A DNA stretch of 64,000 nucleotides from Squalus acanthias (lineage: Eukaryota), in NCBI GenBank assembly GCA_030390025.1, contig CM059438.1, positions 69,938,001-70,002,000 of the forward strand, written 5' to 3'. Each line of letters opens with the position of its first letter. Position 1 is the first letter of the stretch. Both the position numbers and the translations under genes were made by a program. This document shows positions 62,261 through 64,000 of the stretch, in pieces. Under the pieces are notes generated by a model. The model was not told where the DNA came from. It was given only the letters and a program-made list of their open reading frames with translations, and ran no database searches.

Positions 62261-62589
62261 CCCGACACTGGCCTCTGTAAAAAGCCCATGAAAGTGAGTT
62301 TAACTACTCACTGTGCTGCTGCTCTCTCCGCTCCCGACACTGGCCTCTGTAAAAAATCCCGCAAAAGTGAGTTTAAATACTCACTGTGCTGCTGCTCTCT
62401 CCGCTCCCGACACTGGCCTCTGTAAAAAAGCCCGCGAAAGTGAGTTTAAATACTCACTGTGCTGCTGCTCTCTCCGCTCCCGACACTGGCCTCTGGGGAA
62501 AAAAGCCCGCAAAAGTGAGTTTAACTACTCACTGTGCTGCTGCTCTCTCCGCTCCCGACACTGGCCTCTGGAAAAAAGACTGCGAAAGT
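62261..62589 (-). repeat. Tandem array of ~4.5 72-75-bp monomers forming the CR1 5' UTR
   Basis: CCCGACACTGGCCTCTG starts at 62261, 62333, 62406, 62479, 62554; internal AGTGAGT..ACTCACT inverted repeat. Confidence 0.9.
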
Positions 62590-64000
62590 CCACCTCTCAT
62601 TCTTCTAAATTCCAATGAGTATAGGCCCAGCCTGCTCAATTTTTCCTCATAAGTCAAACCTCTCATCTCTGGAATTAACCTAGTGAATCATCTCTGAACT
62701 GCCTCCAATGCAAGTATATCCTTCCTTAAATAAGGAGACCAAAACTGTACGCAGTACTCAAGGTGTGGTCTCACCAATACCTTGCACAGTTGAAGCAGGA
62801 CTTCCCTGCTTTTATACTCCAACCCCCTTGAAATAAAGGTCAACATTCCATTTGCCTTTTTGATTACTTGCTGTACCTGCATGCTAACTTTTTGTGTTTC
62901 ATGCACAAGGACCCCCAGGTCCCTCTGAACTGTCGCATTTTGTAATCTCTCTCCATTTAAATAATAGTTTGTTTTTTTATTTTTCCTGCCAAAGTGGATA
63001 ACCTTTCACTTTCCCACATTATACTCCATCTGCCAAATGTTTGCCCACTCACCAAGCCTGTCTATATCCCTTTGCAGATTATTTGAGTCCTCTGCACAAC
63101 TTGCTTTCCCACCCATCTTTGTATCATCCGCAAACTTGGCTACATTACACTCGATCCCTTCATCCAAGTCGTTAATGTAGATTGTAAATAGTTGGGGCCC
63201 CAGCACCGATCCCTGTGGCACCCCACTAGTTACCGTTTGCCAACCAGAAAATGACCTATTTATCCCGAATCTCTGCTTTCTGTTAGTTAGCCAATTCTCT
63301 ATCCATGTTAATATATTACCCCCAACTCCGTGAGCTCTTATCTTATGCAGTAACCGTTTATGTGGCACCTTATCGAATGCCTTCTGGAAATCCAAATACA
63401 CCACATCCACTGGCTCACCCTTGTCCACCCTGCTTGTTACATCCTCAAAGAACTCCAGCAAATTTGTTAAACATGATTTTCCTTTCCTAAAACCATGCCG
63501 ACTGTGTTTGACTGCAGTATGTTTTTCTAAATGCCCTGCTACTGCTTCCTTAATGAAGGACTCCAGCATTTTCCCAACGATAGATGTTAGGCTAACTGGT
63601 CTATAGTTTCCTGCTTTCTGTCTCCCTCCTTTCTTAAATAGGGGTGTTACATTTGCGGTTTTCCAATCCGCTGGGACCTCTCCAGAGTCCAGGGAATTTT
63701 GGTATATTGCAACCAATGCATCCACTATCTCTGCAGCCACTTCTTTTAAGACCCTGGGATGCAGGCCATCTGGTCCAGGGGACTTGTCGTCTTTTAGTCC
63801 TATTATTTTACCAAGTACTATTTCCTTAGTGATAGTGATTGTCTTTAGTTCCCCCCTCCCTGTGGGTCCTTGATTATCCATTATTGGGATGTTGTTAGTG
63901 TCTTCTACCGTGAAGACAGATACAAAATATTTGTTCAGAGTCTCTGCCATTTCCACGTTCCCCATTATTAATTCCCCAGTCTCATCCTCGAAGGGACCAA
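62590..64000 (-). mobile_element. Host CR1 ORF2 RT region (runs off window)
   Basis: ORF 63006-63965 with YRPVSLTS, YLDFQKAFD, FADDTK. Confidence 0.92.

Larger units (their letters stand above)
58158..62589 (-). mobile_element. Full-length, nearly intact CR1 LINE
   Basis: Tandem-repeat 5' UTR, ORF1, ORF2, 3' UTR and (TTTCTATG)n tail at 58158-58172. Confidence 0.95.

Noticed and set aside
62261..62589. CRISPR-like regular repeats
   Set aside because: The units are contiguous near-identical monomers without unique spacers, there are no cas genes, and the context is a eukaryotic LINE.

Overview
Eukaryotic (vertebrate) non-genic or intronic DNA that is very rich in transposable elements. The repeat repertoire points to a cartilaginous fish, probably a shark (inference): CR1 LINEs with esterase ORF1, tRNA-headed DeuSINEs, L2/Crack-type LINEs, Penelope-like elements (PLEs), and Harbinger- and Tigger-type MITEs. 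No host protein-coding gene can be confidently identified; a few minus-strand micro-exon candidates are flagged. Highlights: (1) a young 1.0-kb fold-back PLE (13314-14330) with an uninterrupted stand-alone GIY-YIG endonuclease ORF between two 319-bp near-perfect inverted repeats, each carrying a minimal hammerhead ribozyme, bounded by a 9-bp TSD; (2) five intact-core minimal type-I hammerhead motifs of two families with covarying helix I, plus two relics; (3) a near-intact full-length CR1 (58158-62589) with a tandem-monomer 5' UTR, nested in another CR1; (4) an internally deleted Harbinger with Myb/SANT and putative transposase-start remnants, plus many Harbinger-like MITEs; (5) several nested or inverted insertions. 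Family names come from recognised motifs, not database searches, and boundaries of old elements are approximate.
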